Of a stretch of DNA of 64,000 nt, positions 46,119-58,531 are shown piece by piece. A program made the translations under genes and the position numbers. The DNA is from Klebsormidium nitens (lineage: Eukaryota > Plantae > Klebsormidiophyceae), in contig DF237039.1 of the NCBI GenBank assembly GCA_000708835.1, positions 150,035 through 214,034 of the forward strand, written 5' to 3'. Below the pieces are notes generated by a model. It did no database searches. It was given only the letters and a program-made list of their open reading frames with translations, and was not told the DNA's origin. How positions within the stretch are numbered: position 1 is the first letter of the stretch; every line of letters begins with the position of its first letter.

Positions 46119-49065
46119 TCATAGCGCATAGTGTGCTATCTGAACTTCCTCCCCGAAATCTGCATAATCTCCTTTAGCTCTTTTTGACCTGAAGTCCCCC
46201 CAATTGATGGGCCTATAAGCGGGCTGTTGTCCTGCGGATAAGAGCTGCGGGACCGGGGCCACGTCGGTGGAGTACGCAGGGTTGTAGAAGAAGGGGACGG
46301 AGAAGCGAGCCCGGCTCTCGTTTACCACAACACGGTGCAGCGGGCTCTTGTACTTCCCATTCGACCACACCTGAAAAACGCCAATCTTTCACGAGCTAAG
46401 CAGCCACGGAAAAGGATGCCCAGAAAAGTCCGCAAAGTCCAGCAAAAGTTGTGGTCCGGACTACTAGCTACCATCAAAATGGTCCGCAAGATGAACAGTG
46501 GAAGACAAAGCAGAGCATAGCAACATGGGGAAGAGAAACAGCAGATGCTCGGACTGACTTTTTCAAGTGATGCGATGAGCCAGACATTCAAGAGAAGAAT
46601 GTCAGTTGCGTTTAGGACCTTTCTGCTTAGTGACGAGCACAATCACGGCCAATGAACTCAGCAAGCCCAAGACGTGAGAAGCTTCTCGGCAAGAGCGCAC
46701 GCGAAGGGCAATCGGGCATAAGCATCCTCGCTGAATCGATAATCAGAATCACGGCAAACATTTTTAGAAAACATTGCGCACTTCTTGTACGTTTGACCTG
46801 CATCCGGAATGTCCACAAAGTTGAAGTGACGGTATCATCAATAATGCCTCCCGCCGCGGAGCGGTACAAAAACGGGATCCGCCGGCGCTTTTCGTCTCTC
46901 ACCTGCATCATGTCTCCGATGTTGATGACGAACGCGTCCCGCCGCGGCTCGATCCCCACCCACTCCCCGCCCTTCTGCACCTGCAGCCCCCCCACCTCGC
47001 CGTCCTGTCCCACAATCGTCAGCGCCCCCGCGTCGTAGTGCCTATTCACACCAAGCGTGAGGGCCGGGTTCGGACACGGACGGTAGTAGTTGAGGCGTAC
47101 GAAGCTCGAGTGGTTTGCGTAGTGGGGGTCGAATTCGGTGGGGGGCAGGCCCAGGCTGGCGGAGATGCCGTGCAGAACGTCCCGGCCAAGGCGCTCCATG
47201 GCCGAGAACCAGTTCTCCATTGTGGCCCTGTAGGGAGAAGGAAAGAGAGAGATGTAGAAACAGGCTGCCAGTGGATCACTTCAGTTCGAAGGTCATACAA
47301 TGGCCATCTTTCGGTTCGATCCGGTTCTGTTCAGAGGAATGAGGTGTCAGACTGATTCTGTGTGCCTATGTTGAGGTATGAAGAAGGACTACGAATGAAG
47401 GAGTGTGGTCGCATACTGGTTCATTAGCACGTCTGCAAGGAATGAAGCCTTACATTCTGAAAAGGAACCATGATGGAAAGTTAGATGTTATGAAACGAAT
47501 GCAGCATCGACTGCTTAAAGACATATCAAGATTGTCAATATCGAACACTTTAGTATCTAGTGCTGAGTGCAATGATAAGTTGGTCATTTCGAAAAGAACA
47601 ACTAACGCCATCCGCTCATAGGAACATGCACAAGAATAAGAAGAGAGGTGAATCTACCGGCTCTTGAACCAACAAAGGTCCATCTAGATAAGATGGACGT
47701 CAACAGTAAAGGCTTCTTCAAAATGATGGGGTAAAGACGCTGATTGCAATCTGCCTGAAACCTTTTGTGACAGTTTGCCATAGCGACTACAGGAAGACCC
47801 GCTAAGCCTACTTTATTTTGTGAGCACATCAGTCCATCACGGAGTCTGGAACCGAAGCAGAAGCCAGAAGCGCTTTCATGCTTTACATCAATAGAATGAA
47901 GGGAGCCGACTCAACGCTAATCTCAATCAAAGTCAGGGCTATATGACCTCCAAGAGGGGCCACAACCTCGGACTTTAACGCTCAGGAACAGAGATGCCAT
48001 GCAGGCCAACGAGCCATAGAGTTCCCACCAGCAACAGATTTTGTGTAAGGTGCCCCACCTGAACCCTGGCGGTGCCTCAGGCCACTGGTTATGCCCATCC
48101 AGCGTGACATTCTCGGGGGCGTCATCCCGCAGGTCGGGCCTTGGCTTAGGTCCGTAGTCAAACAGCTCCTTCCAGTCGCGCACATTCTTAGTCAGCTCGC
48201 TCTCGTAATAACCATACACATTCTCAAAAGTCCGCCGCACGCGGCGCTTCTCCTCGAGCGGCAACTCAAAGAAGCGTCGCGCCTGCGCCTTCACCTCGTC
48301 GATCAGCGCGGGAGGAACGCCATGGTTTGTTACCTGCGCGGCAGGGCTGGAGTGTCAGATTGGCCGATCGCGGGATATGTTTCAGAAATAAACAATCTGT
48401 AGTCAATTCTTTCAATGCATCAGTTGTTTCGAGGCCTCTTCGTTTCACGCAGGTTTTCAGAATCACTCTCAGGGGTGCAAGCATTTGGGATTAAAAAGTA
48501 TTTCCCAAAGCTTTATGCGTTTGAAAAATCTGCCCCTAGTCTGAGGACTCACGTTGGGTATCGAGTATCTGAGGTCCTGGCTTTATGCAAGACAGTCTCC
48601 TGTTACAATCGAAGAAGATAGCTAAAGCTGCACCACACCAATGTCTCCGAGGTCCACACTGAGAAAGTCGCAGCTACCAGTAAGCGCAGACGCAAAGCTT
48701 GGATATGAGGCCCCCAACATAACAAGCTATTCACCAGAGTATAGCAGCCCTGGCATTGCTTCCAGGTGCCTCAACCGGACTTGAACCCTCCTCACAGTTT
48801 ACATGCATTGAAAGCTGCCATGCCCCTTGGCCCCACTCACTTGGAAGAAACCCCAGTGTTCACAGGCGTCACCAATCGCTGCGATGGCCCTCCTCCTCCT
48901 GCCATCATCCTCTGAGCGGAGATGTTCCAAGTCGATAACAGGCACCTCCTCACCCCTTGACGAGATGTACTCATTGTGAGCGGTCTTTGGTCGGTGTTCC
49001 TCAGGAATGATAAAGCAAGAGTCTATCGCCGCAGGCTCTGCTGAGGGAGGCAGCTGTACACCCAT
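46119..49065 (-). CDS. 2-oxoglutarate/Fe(II)-dependent dioxygenase (plant DOXC type), 4 exons, 358 aa
   Basis: Exons 48841-49065, 48059-48333, 46903-47227, 46119-46370 (1077 nt). Motifs VPVIDL, ACEHWGFFQVTNHGV, ELTKNVRDWKE, RLNYY, HYD (Fe ligands), HRV and RFS (2OG-binding RxS). Confidence 0.95.
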
Positions 49066-49846
49066 TCGTGATTGATGCTGCTGCTTTGAAGGGCTCTTGA
49101 GCTGATATCAAGAGCTCTTCCGAAACAAACTTCCTTTGCCAGAGCCAGATGACGAAGCAGCTGAGCAGGACCACTGATGAACTTCCTAGGTTTCCACTTG
49201 AACTTGAAGTTGAAGAAACAAGCCTGAAGAAACAAGAAAGCAATTCTGCCCCTGCGCAATGCTGTGAACAGCTCTAGCGAAAACTTGAACTTCGGTAGCA
49301 ACACGTGTACCGGACCCCGGTAGGTACTCATGAAGTTTGATTGCTCGCAGCATGCGTGAAAGCACGAATACCGTCCGATAAGTATTGGTAGAAGAGATCG
49401 ACGACTCGATGTGCCCCACATGTGTTGCACGTGGTCAGGGGGTTCGAAGTTCACAGCCGTGCGAGGTGGGCAAGCTCTGTTTGGCAAAATCTCTGGCGAC
49501 ATGAGTTTGCCAGATGTGACGATGATCAGAACGGTTCAGGCAGCTTGACAAATTCTGTACTGTCTGGAGAGTAGAAATCATTCCGGGGGGTGTGGACGGC
49601 ATGACCGCTTTTAGCCGGCACGCCATCTGTCGCCGCAAAATAGATATTTGCTAGAGTTGCGATCCTGGGAAGGCAACGATCCTCCGATCTTGCAATTCCA
49701 ATCTGTTTCATGAAGCAATTGAAGGTGAACCGTGCAGGAACACAGGCAGAATCAGCCAATCTGGGGAATTGCGTGTGAACACACGGTCATCTCTTTTGAG
49801 CTTTTTCCAGTTGAGCTCTGTTCCTTTGTTTCTCTGCGGTGCCGCT

Positions 49847-51627
49847 ATGGCGCTGTTTCAGCAACTGGGGGCCGCTCTGAGGCAAACGGCGGCAAGATCT
49901 GTGCTAGTCTCGCAGCTGCGGTCGCAAGCGCCAGCATTCACTGTTATGCAGCAACGGGCGCAGACAACAAAGATCTTTGTTGGAGGTGAGCAGCATTCGC
50001 TAGTCACGCTCCTAAGAAATTGGATGATCGTTGCGATGTACTATTTGTCTGCTCAAGGAGGCCATCTACGCCAAAGACTTGGCTCAGTTCTATGAGGTTC
50101 CGATATTCTTATACCTCACATCAATGCTCTGAGCAACCTTGTCACATTTTGTGGGGCCAATTTTGATTGCACTATTTTCGTAATGATGGTTTAAGAGGTG
50201 TCAACAATGTTGTGCACCATTACCTTGAGGAACCGTCAAACCCTCCTGCTTACTGCGACCAGCCTTCAGGGTTGTCTGCATGCCGCTGTTATGTTGTTCT
50301 AGTGGATCCGTAGGTGCATACAGAGCTTGATTGACGCACTGCGGTAATGGTGTTCCTGAGCCATTGATTTGCCTTTTCACATCGAGAAGTTTGGGCAGCT
50401 ATTCTTACTTTGATTGTAAGCTGGTGCTCTTTGATGTTATGCTTCACAGCAAATCAGAGGAAAGACACACTTTTGCGGAGTCAGTCTGTTTATTCAAATG
50501 CTTTTGATGCCAATCTGTTATGGTGTCTCGCAAGAGTCCCCTGCTTCCCACACTGTTTGCCTGCTGAAGAAACTGAAAGCAGGGAAACTGAGGTGCCAGC
50601 TTTTGATAGGTTCTTTTTTTGCACTGTTTTTGGATTGAGAAAAGCCCAGCTCATGCGCCTGATGCAAGTCTAGATCAGCTCTTTATTCATTGATTTCTTT
50701 GATTCGATGAGGCAGAAATCCGTCGATTGCTCACTCACCACCACTGTTCTTGCAGGCCTGCCCTATGAGATGTCGGAGGAGGATCTGAGGGCTCAGTTTG
50801 AGCGGTTTGGCGAGATTGAAGATGGTAGGTTTCGCACAGGCGTAAGCATACGTCCCGTCTGCTGTTGCACCCCGCATTGCTGTGATCAGAGCAGTTCTGG
50901 TTGCTCTGCACTGTCGAAAACAAATAGTCAATTCGACAAAGCAGTGTAGCCCAGTTGGTAATCAAAATCTCATGCACCCTCATCCTCAAGACTAAACTTC
51001 TTCGTGCATCTGTAACAAATTGGAATTGCTGCGTGCAGTTGTGATCCCCCTCGACAGAGCGACCGGCCGGGGCAAGGGATTCGGATTTGTCAAGTTCGCA
51101 GAAGCTGAGCACGCCCAAGCTGCGCAAGAGCTCGATGGCAGTGTAAGTCCTATTCTCAGCACGTTGAGCGATGTCGCTCTTGCTTAGATCCATAAAACAT
51201 TCATAAGAATTTGATTGCATGTTCTGTTGGTTAGTTCTCTCTCATTGTTTTGATCATGTACTACCACAGATTGGGCAGTGAGAGTTGTTTCCGACTTCAG
51301 GGGATTGTATTGGAAAGTGTCTGCTTTTATCGTGCTTTTCAGCTCTAATTGTGCTTTTTACTTTCCCCAGCTCTAATTGATTGCATTTCTGGTCAACAGG
51401 AACTTGGGGGCCGGCCTATAAAGGTGGACATGGCCCAGGAGCGCCAGCCCAGACAGGAAGGGGGGGGCGGCTATGGTGGTGGGGGCGGTTATGGTGGTCG
51501 GGGGGGACGGGGCTATGGGGGCGGTCGGGGAGGCCGCGGTGGCCGCGACCGGGGGGGCTATGGCGACAGGAATGGATACGGGGATAGGGAGGGCGGCAGG
51601 CGCGGCAGGGAGGATGACGAATGGTGA
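49847..51627 (+). CDS. Organelle-targeted glycine-rich RNA-binding protein (single RRM + GR/RGG tail), 4 exons, 179 aa
   Basis: Exons 49847-49985, 50756-50824, 51039-51142, 51400-51627 (540 nt). RNP2 IFVGGL, RNP1 RGKGFGFV, tail GGGGYGGRGGRGYGGGRGG; the N-terminus is presequence-like (Arg/Ala/Ser-rich, no acidic residues). Confidence 0.93.
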
Positions 51628-53258
51628 TTGTCAATCAAAGGCGACGGGGTATCGGTCGAAGTTGGTTGAGTTCTTGTTTCCTGGACGATGAGGATGGGGA
51701 GGTCTCTTTAGAGTTCTGGGCTCCGTTTATATGAGAGGTAGAGCGGGTGGGGGTGGCTGGACTCGTGGCTTGAGTGATAGGTCCAAGGTACACAGGTATA
51801 GGACGAATAAGGGGTCAGGCACTCGAGCAAACTTTCTATTGACGGCCTACATAGTGCAGACAATACAGCTAGGTGATCAAAGGCGGTTGCGAAGAAAGGT
51901 CTTTTGAGGGTTTCTCGTTGTTGGGATGTTTACAGGGAACATTCTTTGTATCTTCATGTCGGGCTTTTACGTTGGGCCTGAACCACAAACGCGATCTTAT
52001 TGCAAAGCACTACTCTTGAGGCATCTTTACTCGGGCGGCTGATCAAGTAACCTTGGAACGAGCTTTTGTACGCTCTGGCTTGGGGATTGAAATCGGCACT
52101 ACACGTTTAATTCAAAGTGCCCCGCTCAGGATTTTTTACGATGAATTTGTGTACACGTCCATGGTGGGAAGTGTAACAATCGGACATACCACCTATTCGG
52201 CTGGCACTGAGGCGGGTCACAGTTGTTAGGTGTGCACGATATAGTTCAAGACCTTCATATGACCGTCCTTTGCTGACATATGTTACCAGCTCAATTAGTG
52301 GCGTGACGCGTCAAGTGGCTTTGTTTGCAACACGATCGAACTGGCATGCATGCTTGTGCCTGTGTGCGGATAACATGGTCATGCATCCATGATCCGCCGC
52401 GTCCGACCAGCCTTGCGTCATCGAGTCCCACATGCACGTAAGCGCTGTCTGATCCCATGCACGTAACTGTAGTTGAACATATCTTGCGATTTGACTTAGC
52501 TGGCTATACATGTGTCGCGTTCGATCGACTCAATCTAAGTTGCAAGTTCAACGATGTAATCATGCATTCATACGATTCATATGTGCGCAATCATCCAGGC
52601 AATGCCCAATTATCCTCCGGCGATGCAGCTACTTTACGATCGCCACACGGTCGGACGTACTAAGCTGTACTCTTTTGGAGGTATCCTTTCAAGCATATCT
52701 CATCCATAAGACGGCGCTGCATGTCTCATGCAGATTGACATGTTACAGGATGACCGGGTCTCGAGTCGGCGGCCACATATCTGACCGAGAAAAGGCTCAC
52801 GAATCGTGATTATTATCTTAGTAAATGCGCATGAGTACCTGACATCTTAAACGATCGAGGGCCAGAAACTGTTGAGGTACAAGGCCACGAGTGCCAGCTT
52901 GACATCGAGTGTAGCGTGCACTAGATGATCACATTCTGCCCTGTTCTAAGCCAGTAATTGACCACCAAGCCTGCCAGACCGGCCTACACTTATCAACACT
53001 CCTAGGTTTCAATCTACACAACGCGACCAATAGATTATGACTGATGACTGTATCTTATTACCCATTCGTTCCATTTGAGGGATTCCCAAATTAACGCCTA
53101 ATCCTGCCACTTAAACTGTTGAAGAATCTTCGAGTATTGCAAACAACCCACGGAGGTACCCCATGGCGTCTCCTTTTCGTTTCTTCCGACAGAACCGGGT
53201 CTAGATCCCCTTAGCATAATTAACTCTAAGGTGTACACAAAAGTCCTGCTGGTATGTG

Positions 53259-56200
53259 TCAGCTGAAGGATCGTCGGAGAAGAGAGACGGCTTCCGTCTG
53301 CACCAAGACGAGGAAAGCACATTAGCTTCTCAAGGGGCAGCCTATGAAAAACAACCACGATTCTAAAAGTGATCCCACAGCAATCGGTGTGAGATCCGAT
53401 CAATATTCGACGCACCCTACTAGGAGAGCCAGCGAAATCCCCGTTCATTAAAAAGGACGCGCCAGCTTCACATGAGAAAAGGAACACAATTCAAACGAAG
53501 CAAAGAAGGAGCTTCTTGCTTCCTGCCCTGCTACTACTTCCCCGCTCTTCATGGTCACAGCGTTATGACCAGTTTTCAACCGGTCAACACTTCAAAGACG
53601 GCCTCGGGCAAAAAGTTGGCCAGTCAGTCCAAGCGGCTTGTTAGTCACGGCCAACCATACGTTCCGCCCCTATCCAGTAAATGGTTCCGCCGGATCTGTG
53701 TGCCAAGTAACTTCGAATGACCCACTAAGGAAATCCCCGACCACCAGGTTTGAAAGAAACAAAACACGTTATCGGATGCGACTCATTCCTGAATTGAAAG
53801 CTCTTCAAACCCTTTCGACCGAGCGTCGGTTACGAACTCTGCCCCTTGCCGAAATAAACTTACCACGAGAACTAGAACGAGGGCTGCGGCAAGGCCGGGG
53901 AAGACGACGTAGCGCCAGCCTAAGGACTGGTGCGTGGCAGAGTCGACGAACAGAAGCGCCAACCCGGCGGCTGGATCACAAAGGGGAGCACTTTTCGAAG
54001 TTTGCGTCAAGGCAGTCATTGTTTCTAGGATTCCTGTGAGAATGGCTTCCAAAACTTATCTGATGCCACGAGCTCAAAGCTAATCTCCGGAGGAAACGGC
54101 ATGCCCTCTCGGGACTTGAAGCCATGATTAACGGTCAAGAAGAGTTCGAATATAACTTATGCAGTGTTGCAAACTGTGAGAGCAGGTGCCGTCACCATCC
54201 CAATACGGGAAACAACGGTAGTTCGTTTTCAATTGCTTCAATTCATCCGCGCTAGTCAGATTGCCCAGATCTTGAATAAGGAGGAAGGCAAGACATTTTT
54301 CACGATGTTCGCACTGCCAGAGGTTTGTGCATCGTCATTATCGAGAACCTCTGCTTTTGGGGCTGTTCAGACGGTCCTTGATGATTACTAACCAGATACA
54401 GTCAATCCCTCTCCGAGCTTCTCACCGGTAGCTGTCGGAGGAGGCTAGAGGAATGCGGAATTGAAGTGGCGTAGAGCCGAGCTATGCCAGCTTTGACACG
54501 CTTATAAGGAGAGTGGGAGTAAATTGAACACGGGTCTTGAACTGGGTAAAATCGACTTGAGAGCAGCTTTAGACCGGTTTTACCAGTGTCGTAGCAGTTC
54601 AAAGCGTGGGAGCGAGTCCGAACAGCTGGGAGTCGGATATGCGATTTGATAAACAGAATCCAGATCCAAGGGCGAGGCAGCTATGGGTGCAAGCGTGAAG
54701 GGGTCCAGAAATAGAAAGTGGTTAAGAAGAGGTGGTTACTGGGGACCGGACGGCCCACTCCTTACCGGGAGGATGAAGGGACCCCGTGAACTGCATGAAA
54801 GCCACCGAAGCCGCAACCCCCACTGCGCGCGCCAGCCAGCCAGGCCCAAACAAAGCAAGGGCGGCAATACTGGCAATGGCCGCCCCCATATGTGCGACAA
54901 AGATGTTCCATTTCTGCAGCAAAGAAAAGCAGACGAGGTGTCCTCGACAATCTGCTTATCGCCCCGTCGTTGCTTTTTCTACTCTGTCATTCCTTTTCTA
55001 TGTCATCTAAGCAGGAGGGAGTGGAATATCCGAAGTTTGCCGTTCATTCAAGGCATGGGGAGCTTGGGGCACTGGATTTTCTCCGGCTTAATTATAAAAT
55101 ATCAGCCAGACTAATTCAATCTGTGCACTCCTGGGTCGGAGAAGGCTCCTAAAACGAAGCACGCACAACGCTGCTGTTAGACTGCCAGACTCGGTCGCTG
55201 TAGCAATAACCATCCAAGGGGCCCAGAAGAGATCCAGGCTGTTGGCCGTATGTTTTCAAAGCGTCGACTAATCAGACAGTCAGGCAGGTTTGCATCAAGG
55301 AAGTCCTTGAGGAGTTGTTGAGGGTCGTAGGTTCACACTCACAGCTGCGACAGGTGCCTTTGGCGACGCTGTGAGGATGACAGCGATGGCTGCTGTTGGA
55401 CCAATAGTGAGGCGGGTGAGGCCGCGGCGCACCAGATGCTGGTCAAGGTAAGAAAGAGAGGCCATGCCAGCAAACGCCCCTGTTGAAGATTACCACAAGA
55501 GATCTTTTCAGTGGGCGAGCAACACACTATAACTCAACATCAGCCACTTGAAAGTCTTCCGAGAAGCCTTGTTTGGCCCTGACAAGTGGCCACGTATCTG
55601 GGATGATAATCTTGCCACTGCCAAAATGCAAGAAGGTGATACCCGAACTGAGTTTGAGGCCAGATCCTTGAGGTTGCTGTTTCATTGCTTTCTCCGAATG
55701 CTTGAATTAAGGCAGTGCTTTGTTGAGCAGTGCAGGTTTCGAGCCACGGTGAAATGACAAAAACCACAGCAGATGTAGAAATTACAGGGTTAATGGGTGA
55801 TCACTGATCAGGATTGAGGGGTAAACGATTTCACATTTTGTTTCAACATCTAGAATGAGTTGCCTCTTCCAAGCCTGATACCTCTTGGGCAGCCTAACCA
55901 AACAGTCAGCCTGTAAAGTACCAGACACTTGGATGCTACAGATCCTCTTGGATCCAGTCAATCAGTCAGCTTCGATCAACAAGGAGCTTGCCTAGGAACT
56001 ACAGGACGTTGCATTAGGCACAACCAGCGGCAAAACTCCTTGACCAGTACAAAACTGCAGAAGGCATGAGAAACTTGCCTAGAGCTGCCCAGAAGATGTC
56101 GCTGGCAGGGGGAGAGTGCGCCCCCGTCAGTTTCTCCAGCCAGGCCCCCCCTGGTTCCTTTCCCTTGTCCATGGGGGAAGAGGCGCCAGCTGCTGCTGCA

Positions 56201-56451
56201 CAGATCTTGCCATTTTCCCGCACAACTGAAATGCGGCCAAGCTCTAAGCTTTCGATCAATCTCAGACAGGGGGACCTAAGCTGCGTCGGGATGTTGACAA
56301 GAGGCTGTCTGGCTATAGTTTTGGACGGACGGCAAAATGCTGCACCACTTAGGTGAGCAGTACAATGTTGGGAGCGCTTCCTAGAGCTGGCGGTCTTGTA
56401 TATGCCATTGCTAAAGGTACCAGAGGAGACAGTTCTCAGGGTTGTAGCCAT
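53259..56451 (-). CDS. HPP-family membrane protein with plastid transit peptide (NITR2-like nitrite transporter family), 5 exons, about 267 aa
   Basis: Exons 56079-56451, 55343-55479, 54766-54913, 53864-53970, 53259-53297 (804 nt; last exon tentative). Motifs DIFWAALGAFAGMA, KWNIFVAHMG, FMQFTGSLHPPAAGLALLF, GWRYVVFPG. Confidence 0.88.
55480..56078 (-). other. GC-AG intron (HPP gene intron 1)
   Basis: Donor CTAG|GCAAGT is consensus except for GC. The phase-1 join gives L-G-A-F-A-G in frame with the next exon. Confidence 0.85.
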
Positions 56452-58531
56452 GCCGCATTCCTCGGGCAGGAATGCACTTATGACCTGGACAGCTTCCAAT
56501 GCTGTACAGAAGCAACCCCACTGTCTCTCTGCCAACTGACTGAAAGGCCTTCGTGAGTGTCACTTGCGACAATCGAGTAGCTGATAGGCCAAGTTTCCAG
56601 CCTCTTCCTGGTTCTCTTGATGGGGAGACGAGATGGCGAAGTGTTTGTCCTTAAACCTAGATTCTAACTGCAATCGGATCTTGCAGGATGGGCGCCAATC
56701 CGCAAATAAGTGCAAGGCAGCAGAAGCAATGCAGGTTGCAATGCCAAGTCGAAGTCCAATCACCAAAAATCCTCTGAGCTCAACCTAGCTCAAAATGGCT
56801 TCCCTGTGCTCTGTAGTGTAGTGGCTCGAAGCAACTGTGCTGGAAGACCCACCCACACATGCAGCTAGCGCCTAGTTGAGTGCTGCATCACAAAACATCT
56901 TCCATATGACAGAGTTCTGATCATCTGATGATAGCGAAAGCTTCCGGCTGCGTATTTCTGCAGCTTTGCAGATACCTCAGCCTCAGGTAAACCAATGCCG
57001 CCCCCTTCAACTCCTTAGGCTTTGGTTTGGTTCCGCTGAAGGTATTGCCCAATCAGTATCTTATGCCCCCTTTCATAAGACAGCATTTCACCTAATTGAA
57101 CTTGAAGGAAGAGCACTCAGCAGACCGTATACCAGCCACTGCATGATATCTCCCGAGGATCCCAAAGGTCAGCTTGGAGCGAATCAGACGCCACCAAGTC
57201 AGCAAGTTGAATAATGTGTCCACGTGGCACGCGACACTGGCCCGGCCAGCAAACACCTTCATGCATACCTAATACTGGATCACTGAGACCGGATCGACGA
57301 TTGAGCTAGTGCCAGATCGAGTTGGTCTGATCTGTCACAGTGGGCATGCCTCATGTTTTGAAAGTAATATTGCTGAAAGTTCCGGTCAGCACTGGATACA
57401 CGGGGGATACACCTCAGTAACGAGCGTACAACAAGATATGCCGGCTATATGCTGTTAGTAAGATAGCTTGAGCCTGCCAGTGTTACCCTGTTTTCGCAAC
57501 TAGCGCGCATATGGCGGTTCCGACTGCCTCCCTTCTGCCTTATACAACCCTCGGGTTATATCAGTAAGGATATCTTTATGAACAGCCGTAGCAAGCTGTA
57601 GAGAAACACAAGATAGAAACACTTTGCCGGAGGGGCCGTGCTCCATGCATGGCTCTAATGCGTTATAATAAATGAGAACTGCTACCATGTCGATAGGCGT
57701 TGGCCCTTTGTTAATTTGTTCTTTTTTTCAAACGCCGTAGCCACATGGGCCATAGGCTTCCATAACATACAAGGAAATCAATGTTCGACTTTTGAACACC
57801 TAGCTATACACTATCGAATCTTGGTGTGCTACTTCAGTCCAAATTAGTTTGTCGGCTTCTCCTATAGGGGATCAGCGCTAAGTATGGCAAAAGGCAGCGC
57901 CGGCAGCGAGCTTGGGATTGGGCATGTTGTGAACTGGACGGAAAGAAGCAAATGTGCAAAAGCAGACCCTTGCACGCTTAAATATGCCTGCTTACCTGAC
58001 ATGTCCGGCCGGATTGGCTGTCGAAACGAAGGCAATCATGGGCATATTGCCAGTGAAAAGATGGGCTCCGAAACATCAACCACTCTCTATATCTTGGACA
58101 TCTGGGGCTCGACAATTGCAATGTATCACAATTTCGACGAACTTCAAGTAGGCAAGGGGTGCCACGGAAGCTTAAAAGGCTCCACTCCAATCCGGAACTG
58201 TTGGCTTAAAACTAGCCTGAAGCATTGGACTAAGTCCTCCTGCAGTTGCTCAGCCTGATAATCTTGATTAGACACCAAGTTTGACTCTCTTGGAAAGCTA
58301 CGGGTTACCCCACTGGGAACTACATTAGCACAAGTGGTAATCCCTGTTGTCGCAAAATCTGTTCTTCGACCTCACTCCATTCTTTCAGGAAGTGGGAAAC
58401 TCATCTGCCGATGTGCTGCAGGGAACTTGTTCCAAAAACTCCCTCATCGAGTTATCCTCAAAACCATTGCAGATGTAGAGCTGACCCCTTCATCTGCTCA
58501 GTAAACATTTTAAATTCTGCAATTCTTCTCA

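Noticed and set aside
47314-47322. tRNA B-box-like GTTCGATCC
   Set aside because: No A-box or cloverleaf; it lies in a 2OGD intron.
5226-49065. CYP51 + methyltransferase + 2OG dioxygenase + transporter as a biosynthetic gene cluster
   Set aside because: They are spread over 44 kb with housekeeping genes between them, there is no scaffold-forming enzyme, and the CYP51 looks like the canonical sterol enzyme.
52681-52689. Perfect U12 donor GTATCCTTT (also ATATCCTT on the minus strand near 40385 and 57570)
   Set aside because: No associated exon or matching branch site; a few such 8-mers are expected by chance in 64 kb.
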